Shown here: positions 54,119 through 63,092 of the stretch, piece by piece
Position numbering within the stretch: the stretch's first letter is position 1
Layout: each line of letters begins with the position of its first letter
Origin: an uncultured delta proteobacterium
GTDB lineage: Bacteria > Myxococcota_A > Polyangia > Polyangiales > Polyangiaceae
NCBI GenBank assembly: GCA_963850305.1
Contig: CAWKKR010000008.1
Span: 1,568,001 to 1,632,000 of the forward strand
Direction of reading: 5' to 3'
Length of the DNA: 64,000 nucleotides
Notes under the pieces: generated by a model
Seen by the model: the letters and a program-made list of their open reading frames with translations, nothing else
What the model was told of the DNA's origin: nothing
Databases searched by the model: none
Position numbers and translations under genes: made by a program

Positions 54119-55704
54119 CATCGGGTGCCCAGCTTTGCGTGACGGTGCGCTTTCTGCAGCCCACGTTTCACGGGCGCGCGGAGGGGGGGCGAGGCGAATG
54201 GCCGCCATCCCCCCTTCGCCTGTTCCAAGCACTCGTGGCCGCAGCGGCGCGCTTGCAGCCGACTGGCTTCGACAATCGAACCCGGGAAGCGTTTCGGTGG
54301 CTGGAGCGGTGCGCGGCCCCGACGATCGTCGCGCCCGTCGCACAGGAGACGACTGGGATGAGGCTCTCGGTGCCGAACAATGCGATGGACATCGTCGCGC
54401 GCGCGTGGTGTCGAGGAAACGATTCGGAGACGGGTGACGCGGACCCTCGGACGCATCGGACCATGAAGACCGTGCGTCCGTACTGGCTTCACGGCGCGCG
54501 GGTCCGCTACATCTGGTCGTCGAACGAGGTGTCGCTAACCGCGGACGTAGCCGATCGCGTGGTTCGTGTTGCTCGCCATCTGACGCATCTTGGCTGGGGC
54601 ATGGATCAGGTGGTGGGTGATGCCTCGGTCATGAGCGCCGTCGAGCCTCCGGCAGCCGATGAGGACGAATGGCGCCCGTCGAGCGACATCTCTAACAGTG
54701 GTCTCCGGACTCCCGTTAGAGGCACCTTGGACGACCTCGAGGAGCATCACCACGCCTTCATGAATCGAATTGCGCCCGCCGGCTTTTCGGCGCCACCTCC
54801 CATCTCCGCATACAAGGTATTCGAGTATCGACGAGCATCCGATCCAAAGGCACGTCCGGTCGCGGTGTTTTCCATTCTCCGTCCCGGTGGCATGGCCTTT
54901 CGTGCGTTCGATCCTGCACGGAAGGCGCTCACGGTAGCTGGAATGCTTCGCCACACCGCCGAGGAGGCAGCCATTGCTTCCGGGTGGCCCGCTGCCAAGG
55001 TAGCTGGCTTCGTTATGGGGCACAGTGAACGCGGAGTGTCGACGCCAGTCGGTATCGAGCGTTTCGCGTATCTACCCCTGCCCAGCATCGAGTCCCGCGG
55101 TGGCGGCAAACAAACCGTCGGAAGCATCCGCCGCGTTGCCATCACTTCGTTCGCTGAAGACGTGAGTGCTGAGGTGGCGTGGGCGCGTCGCGGAATCTCC
55201 GGACGAGACCTCTTCGACGAGGACACGGGCGAGGCGGTTGCGTCCCTCGTGCTTCTCCAGAACGCCGACGCGGCGACGCAGCGTTACTTCGTCCCGGCGA
55301 GCACCTGGACTAGTGTCACTCCCGTTGTCCTTCCCGGATACGACGATCCGGATCACCTCCGCCAGAAGGCAAGCCGGAGCACGACGCCTGATCAACGGAA
55401 ACGATACCTGGAACGCCTGTCGGGCAGGATTGATCACCTCATCCGAAAGGCGCTTCGTCAATTTGGACTATCCGAGCTCTTGGCACAGCATGCCGACCTC
55501 GAATGGCGGAAGGTCGGGTTCCTCGCCGGGGTCGGGCACGCGGATCGATACGGAGTCCCCGATCATCTGCGCAGGTTTTTAGGTACCACGTGCGACTCCG
55601 GTTTCATGATTCCATGGGCAAGCCGATCTCGGTGCCGGGTCCGTTGTGTGTTGGCGGCGGTCGATACGCCGGAGTCGGCCTTTTCGTGGGAGACGATGGC
55701 CTGA
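54115..55704 (+). CDS. csb2: Type I-G Cas5/Cas6 fusion (Csb2); frameshift near 55578
   Basis: EWPPSPLRLFQALVA, HLGWGMD, WTSVTPVVLPG; Gly-rich Cas6 loop GPLCVGGGRYAGVGLF in the shifted frame. Confidence 0.9.
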   Translation: MTSGAQLCVTVRFLQPTFHGRAEGGRGEWPPSPLRLFQALVAAAARLQPTGFDNRTREAFRWLERCAAPTIVAPVAQETTGMRLSVPNNAMDIVARAWCRGNDSETGDADPRTHRTMKTVRPYWLHGARVRYIWSSNEVSLTADVADRVVRVARHLTHLGWGMDQVVGDASVMSAVEPPAADEDEWRPSSDISNSGLRTPVRGTLDDLEEHHHAFMNRIAPAGFSAPPPISAYKVFEYRRASDPKARPVAVFSILRPGGMAFRAFDPARKALTVAGMLRHTAEEAAIASGWPAAKVAGFVMGHSERGVSTPVGIERFAYLPLPSIESRGGGKQTVGSIRRVAITSFAEDVSAEVAWARRGISGRDLFDEDTGEAVASLVLLQNADAATQRYFVPASTWTSVTPVVLPGYDDPDHLRQKASRSTTPDQRKRYLERLSGRIDHLIRKALRQFGLSELLAQHADLEWRKVGFLAGVGHADRYGVPDHLRRFLGTTCDSGFMIPWASRSRCRVRCVLAAVDTPESAFSWETMA

Positions 55705-55845
55705 CGTCACCGTCGACGAGCGCATGACGGCCTCTTCAAGTCGTCCCGAAGCCGGGGGTCAGTCCCCACCAAACGTTGCGAATCGCGGGTACGCGCCAAA
55801 CAGCTGCCACTCCCCCTCCTGACGACTGCTCCCCCGGCGCTCGTC

Positions 55846-56055
55846 CTACGCGGCACGCAGCGCCTCGCGCATCACGCGATCGCGAATCGAGCCCTTCAGC
55901 GCGTCCGCCGTCAGCAGGTCCACGTGTTTGCCGAGCCACTGCTCGAGCTGGTCGCGAAGGCGACTCAGGGCGAACATCCCGACGGACGTCTCGAACTCGA
56001 CGAGCAGATCGACGTCGCTGTTCGGACCCGCTTCGTCACGCGCCACCGAACGATA
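55846..56055 (-). pseudogene. 5'-truncated minimal nucleotidyltransferase (MNT antitoxin) remnant
   Basis: SVARDEAGPNSDVDLLVEF...LGKHVDL; N-terminal helix and LFG missing; no intact HEPN partner. Confidence 0.7.
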
Positions 56056-56164
56056 CCGCGGACGGTTACTCGAGTCAGGTGGAGGACATCGCATGACAAC
56101 AAACAGCGCCGAACTCGGGCTTTCCGAGGAGCCGGCGGTCCCCGAGGCCCGCGCGAAACCCCTA

Positions 56165-56192
56165 CTCTCCACCGCGTTCGCGCGGTGGCCCC
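56165..56192 (+). CRISPR. Orphan truncated CRISPR repeat (first 28 of 36 nt)
   Basis: CTCTCCACCGCGTTCGCGCGGTGGCCCC exact match; lacks the final GTTGAAGC. Confidence 0.85.
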
Positions 56193-56283
56193 ATGACCCT
56201 GAAAAAGTCAGGTCAGGGGTGGCCCCATGACCCTGCAAAATTCGCCCGGCTCATGGACCCATGAGAGCAAACCGGCAGCCGTC

Positions 56284-56856
56284 TCACCCCCAAATCCGCC
56301 CCAACCTCAGCTCTATCGCGTCGAACGGCTCCGCTCTCACGACGTCCTCCTCGCCATGAAGCCCGACCACCGACCAGCGTCCGCTTTCGAGGCGGAGCAC
56401 TTCCAGCGTTTTGGCGAGTGGATCGATCAGCCAGGCGTGTGGCACTCCAACCTGAGCGTAGAGGGGGAGCTTCTTGATGCGATCGAAGCGCGCGGTCGAC
56501 GGCGACAGGATTCCGCAAACCCAATTCGGGCAGATCTCGATGAACGGGCCGTTGGGGGCGATTGGCATCCGCTCGCGGCGCCACCCGGCGAGGTCGGGCA
56601 CGACGATGTTGCCGTCGAGGTGGACCTCCGGTTCGTCGAGGATCCACCATCCGCCGGGTCCACCATCGCCGAACTGGAACGGCGGCAGGAGGCTTCCGCC
56701 GACCGCCGAGCCCGCGACGGAGTGGCGCCCGGCTGGGCGTGGGCTCGCGTGCAGCTCGCCGCCGACGATCTCCCCGATGACGTCGTCGCCGAGCGCGACG
56801 AGATCGTCGTACGTGGCGTTGCGTCGAGCGGGTTCCACCGCGCGGAAGGATATCAC
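56284..56856 (-). CDS. Uma2/DUF820-family putative endonuclease, copy 2
   Basis: NATYDDL, EIVGGEL, GGPGGWWILDEPEV, PDLAGWRRERMP, KLPLYA, WLIDP; the usual CE(I/V)LSPS reads CGILSPS. Confidence 0.88.
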   Translation of the reverse strand: MISFRAVEPARRNATYDDLVALGDDVIGEIVGGELHASPRPAGRHSVAGSAVGGSLLPPFQFGDGGPGGWWILDEPEVHLDGNIVVPDLAGWRRERMPIAPNGPFIEICPNWVCGILSPSTARFDRIKKLPLYAQVGVPHAWLIDPLAKTLEVLRLESGRWSVVGLHGEEDVVRAEPFDAIELRLGRIWG

Positions 56857-56861
56857 CTTTC

Positions 56862-58817
56862 ATGACCGAGAGCCCTGCGTCTAGTTTGCCGGCCGCTCCG
56901 TCTCCCCCACCCGAAGAGGTGGCCCGCGCGAAACACCTCCCGCTCCCCCTTCTGAAGACCGACAGCCCCGCGCTCGTCCCCGCGCGGATGATCAACGAGC
57001 TCTTCTACTGCGAGCGGCTCATGTATCTCGAGTGGGCGCAGAGCGAGTTCGCCGACAACGCGTTCACCGTCGATGGTCGATCGGTCCATCGACGCGCCGA
57101 CGAAGCCAAACCCCTGCCGGAGCCGGCACGGCGCTCGTCGAAGAGGAAGGATTCGGCGAAGGCTGACACGAACGACGGCGAGGCCGACACGGGTGAATCT
57201 GCTCCGTCAGTCGACGGCCCTCCCTATACTGCACGGTCCGTCTGGCTCTCGTCAGAGCGACTGGGCATCACCGCGAAGATCGACGTCGTGGAAGGGGAGG
57301 GCGGGCGCGTCGTGCCCATCGAGTACAAGCGAGGGAGCAAGCCTGAAATACCCGAGGGCGCGTACCTGCCCGAACGCGCTCAGTTGTGCGCGCAAGTACT
57401 GCTCCTCCGAGACCACGGATACCAATGCGACGAGGCCGCCATCTACTTCGCCGCGGATCGGCGGCGCGTGTCGATCGCGATCGACGAGGCGCTCGTGGCG
57501 CTCACGCTCGACGCCGTTCGGCGCGCCCGAGACGTTGTGCAGGCTGGCGAACTACCTCCGCCCCTCGTCGACAGTCCGAAATGCGACGGCTGCTCGCTCG
57601 TCGGGATTTGCCTCCCCGACGAAACGAACCTCCTCCGGGCGCTGGAGGGAGTCGAGGCGCCGCAGGAAGCGCCCGAAGATCCCGAAGCGCCCGTCCTGGA
57701 GCCGGCGCTCGTCGAGTTGTACGGGCCGCTCGAGAAGGATCCGTGGGACCTTGCCGGGCCGGAGCCTCAACCAATTCCGGCGGAGCTCCGTCGATTGCAT
57801 CCGGCGCGCGATGACAAGCTACCGGTCTACGTTCAGGCGCAGGGCGGGCGGATAACGCTCAGCGGAGAACGTCTCTCGATCTGGACCAAGGACGACGGCG
57901 CGATCGAAGCTCGGCTCGGAAACACTTCCCAGATTTCGCTCTTCGGCAATATTCAGATCACTCCGCAGGCGCTTCGCACCGTGCTCGAGCGTGGGATCCC
58001 GGTTTCACTCTTTACTTACGGGGGATGGTTCATCGGGCGCGCCGTGGGGCACGACTCGAAGAACGTCGAGCTGCGCCTTGCGCAGTACGCGGGCGCGACC
58101 GATCCCGCCACGTCGCTCCGATTGGCGCGAGGATTCGTCGTATCGAAGATCTTGAACTGTCGAACCCTGCTGCGTCGCAACCACGAGAAAGCCAGCGCGG
58201 TCGTGCTCTCGGAACTCAAGCAGCTTGCGCGCAAAGCAGCGGAAGCAGATTCGCTGGGCGAGCTCCTGGGACTGGAGGGCACCGCGGCGCGGGCCTACTT
58301 CTCGGAGTTCACGGGCATGTTGAAGCCGGAGGATAGCGAGACCGCGGTGTTCGACCTGGACGGACGGAATCGGCGACCACCCAAGGACCCGATCAATGCG
58401 CTCCTGTCGTTCGCCTATTCCCTGCTCTCCAAGGACTTCGCGCTGACCCTGCACGCGGTCGGGCTCGATCCGCTCCTCGGCTTCTACCACCAACCGCGAT
58501 TCGGCCGCCCCGCGCTCGCGCTCGACATGATGGAGGAGTTCCGGCCACTGGTTGCCGACTCCGTGGTGATCGGCGTCGTGAACAACGGCGTCGTTCGGGC
58601 CAGCGACTTCGTTCGGTCCCCAGCTGGCACGGCGCTGAAGCCGGCGGCGCGCCGGCGTCTGATCCTCGCCTATGAACGGCGCATGGACCAGCTCACGACG
58701 CACCCGACGTTCGGCTACCGAATCAGCTACCGACGCGTGCTCGAGGTTCAGGCAAGATTGCTCGGCCGCATGCTGCTCGGCGAATTGAAAGAATACCCGG
58801 CGTTCCGCACGCGGTGA
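56862..58817 (+). CDS. cas1: Cas4-Cas1 fusion (type I-G adaptation module)
   Basis: Cas4: YCER, KIDVVE, PIEYKRG, KCDGCSLVGIC; Cas1: LGLEGTAARAYF, RNRRPPKDPINALLSFAY, GFYH, LALDMMEEFRP. Confidence 0.96.
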   Translation: MTESPASSLPAAPSPPPEEVARAKHLPLPLLKTDSPALVPARMINELFYCERLMYLEWAQSEFADNAFTVDGRSVHRRADEAKPLPEPARRSSKRKDSAKADTNDGEADTGESAPSVDGPPYTARSVWLSSERLGITAKIDVVEGEGGRVVPIEYKRGSKPEIPEGAYLPERAQLCAQVLLLRDHGYQCDEAAIYFAADRRRVSIAIDEALVALTLDAVRRARDVVQAGELPPPLVDSPKCDGCSLVGICLPDETNLLRALEGVEAPQEAPEDPEAPVLEPALVELYGPLEKDPWDLAGPEPQPIPAELRRLHPARDDKLPVYVQAQGGRITLSGERLSIWTKDDGAIEARLGNTSQISLFGNIQITPQALRTVLERGIPVSLFTYGGWFIGRAVGHDSKNVELRLAQYAGATDPATSLRLARGFVVSKILNCRTLLRRNHEKASAVVLSELKQLARKAAEADSLGELLGLEGTAARAYFSEFTGMLKPEDSETAVFDLDGRNRRPPKDPINALLSFAYSLLSKDFALTLHAVGLDPLLGFYHQPRFGRPALALDMMEEFRPLVADSVVIGVVNNGVVRASDFVRSPAGTALKPAARRRLILAYERRMDQLTTHPTFGYRISYRRVLEVQARLLGRMLLGELKEYPAFRTR

Positions 58818-58832
58818 CGTCTCGGAGGAACG

Positions 58833-59123
58833 ATGCGCCAAACGTACATCGTCAGCTACGACATCTCGAACCCGAAGCGCTTGCGCAAGGTGTTCCAGCT
58901 CATGCGCGGGTACGGCGATCATCTTCAGCTTTCTGTCTTTCAGTGCGAGCTGAACCACCGAGAGCTCATCGAGCTTCGCGCGCGTCTGTCCGACATCATC
59001 CACATTGCAGAAGACCAGGTGATGTTCGTGGATGTCGGCCCCGTCGAGGGCCGCGGCAGCACATCCATCTCGGCGATCGGGCGTCCCTACCTGTACCCTG
59101 AGCGCCACGCGATCGTCGCGTGA
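58833..59123 (+). CDS. cas2: CRISPR-associated endoribonuclease Cas2
   Basis: YIVSYDISNPKRLRKV, HLQLSVFQC, EDQV; GGAGG RBS. Confidence 0.96.
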   Translation: MRQTYIVSYDISNPKRLRKVFQLMRGYGDHLQLSVFQCELNHRELIELRARLSDIIHIAEDQVMFVDVGPVEGRGSTSISAIGRPYLYPERHAIVA

Positions 59124-59355
59124 TGCATATGAATCTCGATCAGCTCGTTGTCCGCGCGTATGATCGAGCGGTCCGGTGCGGCTCGCACCCGCGCACCCTC
59201 TCGCAAAAGAGGGTTTGTTCCTTGAAAACCCAGCGTCGCGCGACACGGAAAGTGGTCCGCCGCGTGACGTCTCGCCACCCCAAGCGGCACCCCAAATCGA
59301 CCCTCTCGCAATTCACCTCGCAGAGCCCCGCTTTCGAAGCGAATCGGCGAGGTGC
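59124..59355 (+). promoter_or_regulatory. CRISPR leader
   Basis: Non-coding region between cas2 and the first repeat; direct repeat ACCCTCTCGCAA at 59195 and 59300. Confidence 0.75.
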
Positions 59356-60438
59356 CTCTCCACCGCGTTCGCGCGGTGGCCCCGTTGAAGCCGCAGCGAT
59401 ACTTGCGGTATGCAGTTCTCGCGATCCGTCGCTCTCCACCGCGTTCGCGCGGTGGCCCCGTTGAAGCGACCGCTGCGTCGGTGCCGATCGATCGGCGATC
59501 CATTCGCTCTCCACCGCGTTCGCGCGGTGGCCCCGTTGAAGCTCGCATCGCAGCCGTCGTCGACTTCGAGGATCGATGCTGCGCGCTCTCCACCGCGTTC
59601 GCGCGGTGGCCCCGTTGAAGCCTGCGCCGACGACACGTCTTGCAGCGTGCGTCGACATCCTCTCCACCGCGTTCGCGCGGTGGCCCCGTTGAAGCCGAGT
59701 CCGAGCGCGACGCTGGCTCGGCAGAGATGTCGACTCTCCACCGCGTTCGCGCGGTGGCCCCGTTGAAGCCTACGTGCCGCCGCCGATCCATTCCGCGATG
59801 TCCGACGAAGCTACTCTCCACCGCGTTCGCGCGGTGGCCCCGTTGAAGCCGACGCTTGTCATGCAGCGTCGGCTCCGCGGCCTCCGGCCGCCTCTCCACC
59901 GCGTTCGCGCGGTGGCCCCGTTGAAGCCACACTGAGCCAGCAGTTGGTCCGCGTCTGCGCGAGCGCTCTCCACCGCGTTCGCGCGGTGGCCCCGTTGAAG
60001 CTCAGAGGCACGCGAGCTCGATCGTGGCCTGAGCATGCAGCTCTCCACCGCGTTCGCGCGGTGGCCCCGTTGAAGCGTCGGCGACGTGCGCGAGATGCGT
60101 GCGCCATCACGGCTCTCCACCGCGTTCGCGCGGTGGCCCCGTTGAAGCCCGCCAGCCGATGTCCGCAGCGATCGACGGCGCCTGACTCTCCACCGCGTTC
60201 GCGCGGTGGCCCCGTTGAAGCGTGTAGCTCGCGTGCGCGAGCAGCCGCTCGCGAGGATCTCGCCTCTCCACCGCGTTCGCGCGGTGGCCCCGTTGAAGCC
60301 CGGACGCTCTGCGCCGCGTCGGCGGTCGCTGACGTACTCTCCACCGCGTTCGCGCGGTGGCCCCGTTGAAGCTCCACATGCCGGTCTGGGCGACGTGCTC
60401 GTCACATCTGCCTCTCCACCGCGTTCGCGCGGTGGCCC
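59356..60438 (+). CRISPR. CRISPR array: 14 full 36-nt repeats plus a truncated terminal repeat (27 nt); 14 spacers of 36-44 nt
   Basis: Repeat CTCTCCACCGCGTTCGCGCGGTGGCCCCGTTGAAGC (8-bp stem, TTCG loop) starting at 59356, 59432, 59507, 59586, 59660, 59734, 59814, 59892, 59966, 60041, 60113, 60186, 60264, 60337, 60412. Confidence 0.98.
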
Positions 60439-60564
60439 TACGCCGCCATCGTCGTAGCCTGTGCCCCCAAGACGGCGGTGTGGACGGAATTTCTTGCCGT
60501 GCGACATGTGCAGCGTGAGCCGGTGGGCTCGTCCGCAACGGACGCACACAATCCGGAGGCACGC

Positions 60565-61405
60565 ATGCTCACTCTGCACGACAAGATGGAACAGGATCTC
60601 GAACTTGCCGGCTACGCCAAGCGAACCCGTCAGGCGTATCTCGCATCCATCCGCGACTTGGAGCGGTTCCACGGCCGCTCGGGGGACCGATTGGGTCAGG
60701 AAGAGATCCGGCGTTGGGTTCGCCACCTCACCGGCCAGGGACGAAGTCCGGAGCGGCTCCGCAAGCACTTTGCGGCGCTCAAGTTCCTCTACGCTCGCAC
60801 CCTGGGACGCCCTGCGCTGACTGCCTTTCTCGCTTGGCCCACTGCGCGGCAACGAACGCCCGTCGTTCTCAGTCCTCACGAAGTCGTCGCACTGTTGGGC
60901 GCGATCCGGTCGCCGAAGTACCGTGTGTTCTTTTCGTTGGTCTACGGCACCGGAATGCGCCTGTCCGAAGCGTGTCGACTCGAAACATCCGACATCGACG
61001 CGCAACGCGGCGTGATTCACGTGCGCCACGCGAAGGGTGGGCGCGACCGCTTCGTGATGCTGTCGCCGCAGCTCCTTGGGTCGTTGAGGGCGTACTGGCG
61101 TTTCGCGCGGCCGCCCGCGCCGTACCTGTTCACCGCTCGAACCGGGAGGCCGATCCATCCCGAGGTTGCCCGCAACGCCATGACCGCCGCCGCGAAGGCG
61201 GCCGGCCTGGCAAAGCGAGTGACGCCTCACGTACTTGCGCCACAGCTTCGCCACACATCTCCTCGAGCGGGGTGTCGACATTCGAGTCATCCAGGTGCTG
61301 CTCGGGCACATGAGTATTCGGACCACGGCGCGTTACACGCGCGTGTCGACCGGGATGATCGCGGACACCGTCAGCCCCTTGGATCTGCTCCCTCGCACCG
61401 GATAG
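60565..61405 (+). CDS. Tyrosine recombinase/integrase with N-terminal SAM-like domain (frameshift near 61237)
   Basis: [48 protein letters not shown]; resembles integrases usually paired with IS91-family transposases. Confidence 0.88.
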
Positions 61406-61478
61406 CAGCCGGCCGATTGCGTCCTTGGTTCGTCCGAGCCCACCCGCGGGAGCCCAACGCAATGAACATGAACGTAGC

Positions 61479-61620
61479 CTCTACGACGTCGAGGTCCCGA
61501 CCATCAACTACCACCTGAAGAAGGTGTTCGAGGACAAGGAGTTCACCATCAAGGGCTTCGCGATGGACGACGAGCGCCCGAAGCGCGGCGGCTCGGTCCT
61601 GAGCGATCGCTACTTCGAAG
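61479..61620 (+). pseudogene. RhuM-family protein fragment with internal deletion
   Basis: LYDVEVPTINYHLKKVFED joined directly to EFTIKGFAMDDER..RGG...YFE. Confidence 0.65.
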
Positions 61621-61838
61621 ACGCCCTAGGCGCCGCGCGTCCTGCGCCCGCCTGTGACCGGCCCCTTCGTTCCGTAGGAAGCGGGCTTCGGGTTCGACGT
61701 GGATCGCGTGGCTCCGGATCCGGCAACCACGGCTTGGAAGCAGCTCGCGCGCTTCTTCGCGTCCTTTCGGCGCGGGAGCCCAAGTGTGGAGCCGGTGACG
61801 GGTGGTTCGGTGCAGATTGGTGCGCTAGCGTGGAGGCC

Positions 61839-62177
61839 ATGCCCACACTCCCGCCCGACGTGCTCGCGGCGCTGACGCGCTTTCGTTCCGCGCTGGACGA
61901 GCGCTTCGGCGAACGAGTGCGGGAAGTACGACTGTTCGGTTCGCACGCGCGCGGTGACGCGAACGAAGACAGCGACGTCGACGTGTTCGTGACCATCGAA
62001 GGACTGACGGGCGCCGAGCGCTCCGATGTCCTGACGCTCGCCTACTACGCGGATCTCGCTGGAGAGGAAGACGTCCTGCTCTCGCCTCTCGCGTACTCGA
62101 CCGAGCAGGCCGCGGAGCTGCGTCGCCGTGAGCGACGCCTCCTCATGGACATCGATCGCGAGGGGGTCGCGCTTTGA
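61839..62177 (+). CDS. Minimal nucleotidyltransferase (MNT)
   Basis: LFGSHARGDANEDSDVDV; GGAGG RBS; overlaps the HEPN gene by 4 nt. Confidence 0.88.
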   Translation: MPTLPPDVLAALTRFRSALDERFGERVREVRLFGSHARGDANEDSDVDVFVTIEGLTGAERSDVLTLAYYADLAGEEDVLLSPLAYSTEQAAELRRRERRLLMDIDREGVAL

Positions 62178-62581
62178 CGGACGAGAACCAGCGCGCCAAC
62201 ATCGCCGTCGAGATCGCGCGCGCCGAGCGGGCGCTGCGTTCGGCGCGGCTCCTTTGCGACGCAGGCGAAGCGGCGGATGCCGTCAGCCGCGCGTACTACG
62301 CAGCCCTCCACTACGCGCGCGCCTTGCTCCTCACGCGGGCAACCGAGCCGCGAACGCACCGGGGCGTCCTGCGCCTGATCAGCCGAGATTTCGTGCGCAC
62401 CGGGCAACTGTCACCGGATACGGCCGCAGCGCTGTCGAAGCTCGAAAAACAACGTCTCGAAGCGGACTACAGCGCAGAGCTGGTATTCACCGACGCAGAG
62501 GCGACCACCGAGCTCGCCGCGGCGACCTCGTTCATCGATGCGGTGACGGGGATCCTTCGCCGGGACGGGTGGATCGCGTAG
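62174..62581 (+). CDS. HEPN-domain protein (partner of MNT)
   Basis: AVSRAYYAA, PRTHRG, RLEADY. Confidence 0.88.
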   Translation: MTDENQRANIAVEIARAERALRSARLLCDAGEAADAVSRAYYAALHYARALLLTRATEPRTHRGVLRLISRDFVRTGQLSPDTAAALSKLEKQRLEADYSAELVFTDAEATTELAAATSFIDAVTGILRRDGWIA

Positions 62582-62599
62582 CCGTGGGGTCGCGACGGG

Positions 62600-62762
62600 C
62601 GCCCCAGTTGACGTAAACGGGGCGGTACGGCTGCTTCTGGATCTCCTCGATCGCTTCGTCGAGCTCCTGCTCGAAGAGCAGTGGGTACTCGGCATACGCC
62701 GCCCACTGTGCGTTTTCGTGCGCAATGAGGCGCTCGGCCTCCTCCGTGTAGATGAGGTTCAC
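62600..62762 (-). pseudogene. Probable RelE/ParE-like toxin N-terminal fragment
   Basis: GTG start; NLIYTEEAE...W...PLLFEQELDEAIEEIQKQP; similarity lost afterwards. Confidence 0.45.
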
Positions 62763-62774
62763 GGACGAGCTCGG

Positions 62775-62940
62775 GTCGCCCGAGTGCGAGCAGATCCACA
62801 CCGGGCGCGAACACCGCCAGATCGACGTCCGAGTCAGGACGTTCGGCTGCGCGAGCCACCGACCCGAAGAGCACCGCGAGCCGAACGTCGGTGCGCCCGG
62901 CGAGAGCGGCCTTGAGGTTTGCGGCGGCGGACGGAGTCAT
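62775..62940 (-). pseudogene. 3'-truncated MNT remnant
   Basis: VRLAVLFGSVAR...PDSDVDLAV; breaks off after about 54 aa into the ParE-like fragment. Confidence 0.65.
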
Positions 62941-63092
62941 GCCATCCACGATAGCTTGAAAGTCGAGCTCCTTCGAGCCCTGGGCGTGGCTCGACTTGGT
63001 TCGCAGATCCTGCGAGCGCACGGCCGCACCCTCGACCCCGAGATGCAAGAGGGGAGCGTCCCTATCGGCGGGGGCGAGACCGCGGGGCAGCG

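Noticed and set aside
49539..55704. Calling cas3, cas8g2 and csb2 pseudogenes
   Set aside because: Essential valS shows the same indel pattern, so sequencing error is the simpler explanation.
56114..56164. Sequence before the orphan repeat as a second regulatory spacer, loosely similar (about 18/24) to the palindrome upstream of the WYL gene at 47263-47286
   Set aside because: No handle-like GTTGAAG upstream, mismatches fall in the would-be seed, and this similarity is plausible by chance in GC-rich DNA.
59392..60411. Self-targeting by main-array spacers
   Set aside because: No match noticed by eye within the window; an exhaustive BLASTN could not be run.
59087..60562. Long ORFs on both strands with repeated peptides (LQRGHRANAVES, FNGATARTRWR, LSTAFARWPR)
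   Set aside because: They are translations of the CRISPR repeat.
60565..62940. Integron (IntI plus attC cassettes)
   Set aside because: The integrase lacks the IntI-specific insertion before the HxLRH motif and no attC-like sites were recognised.
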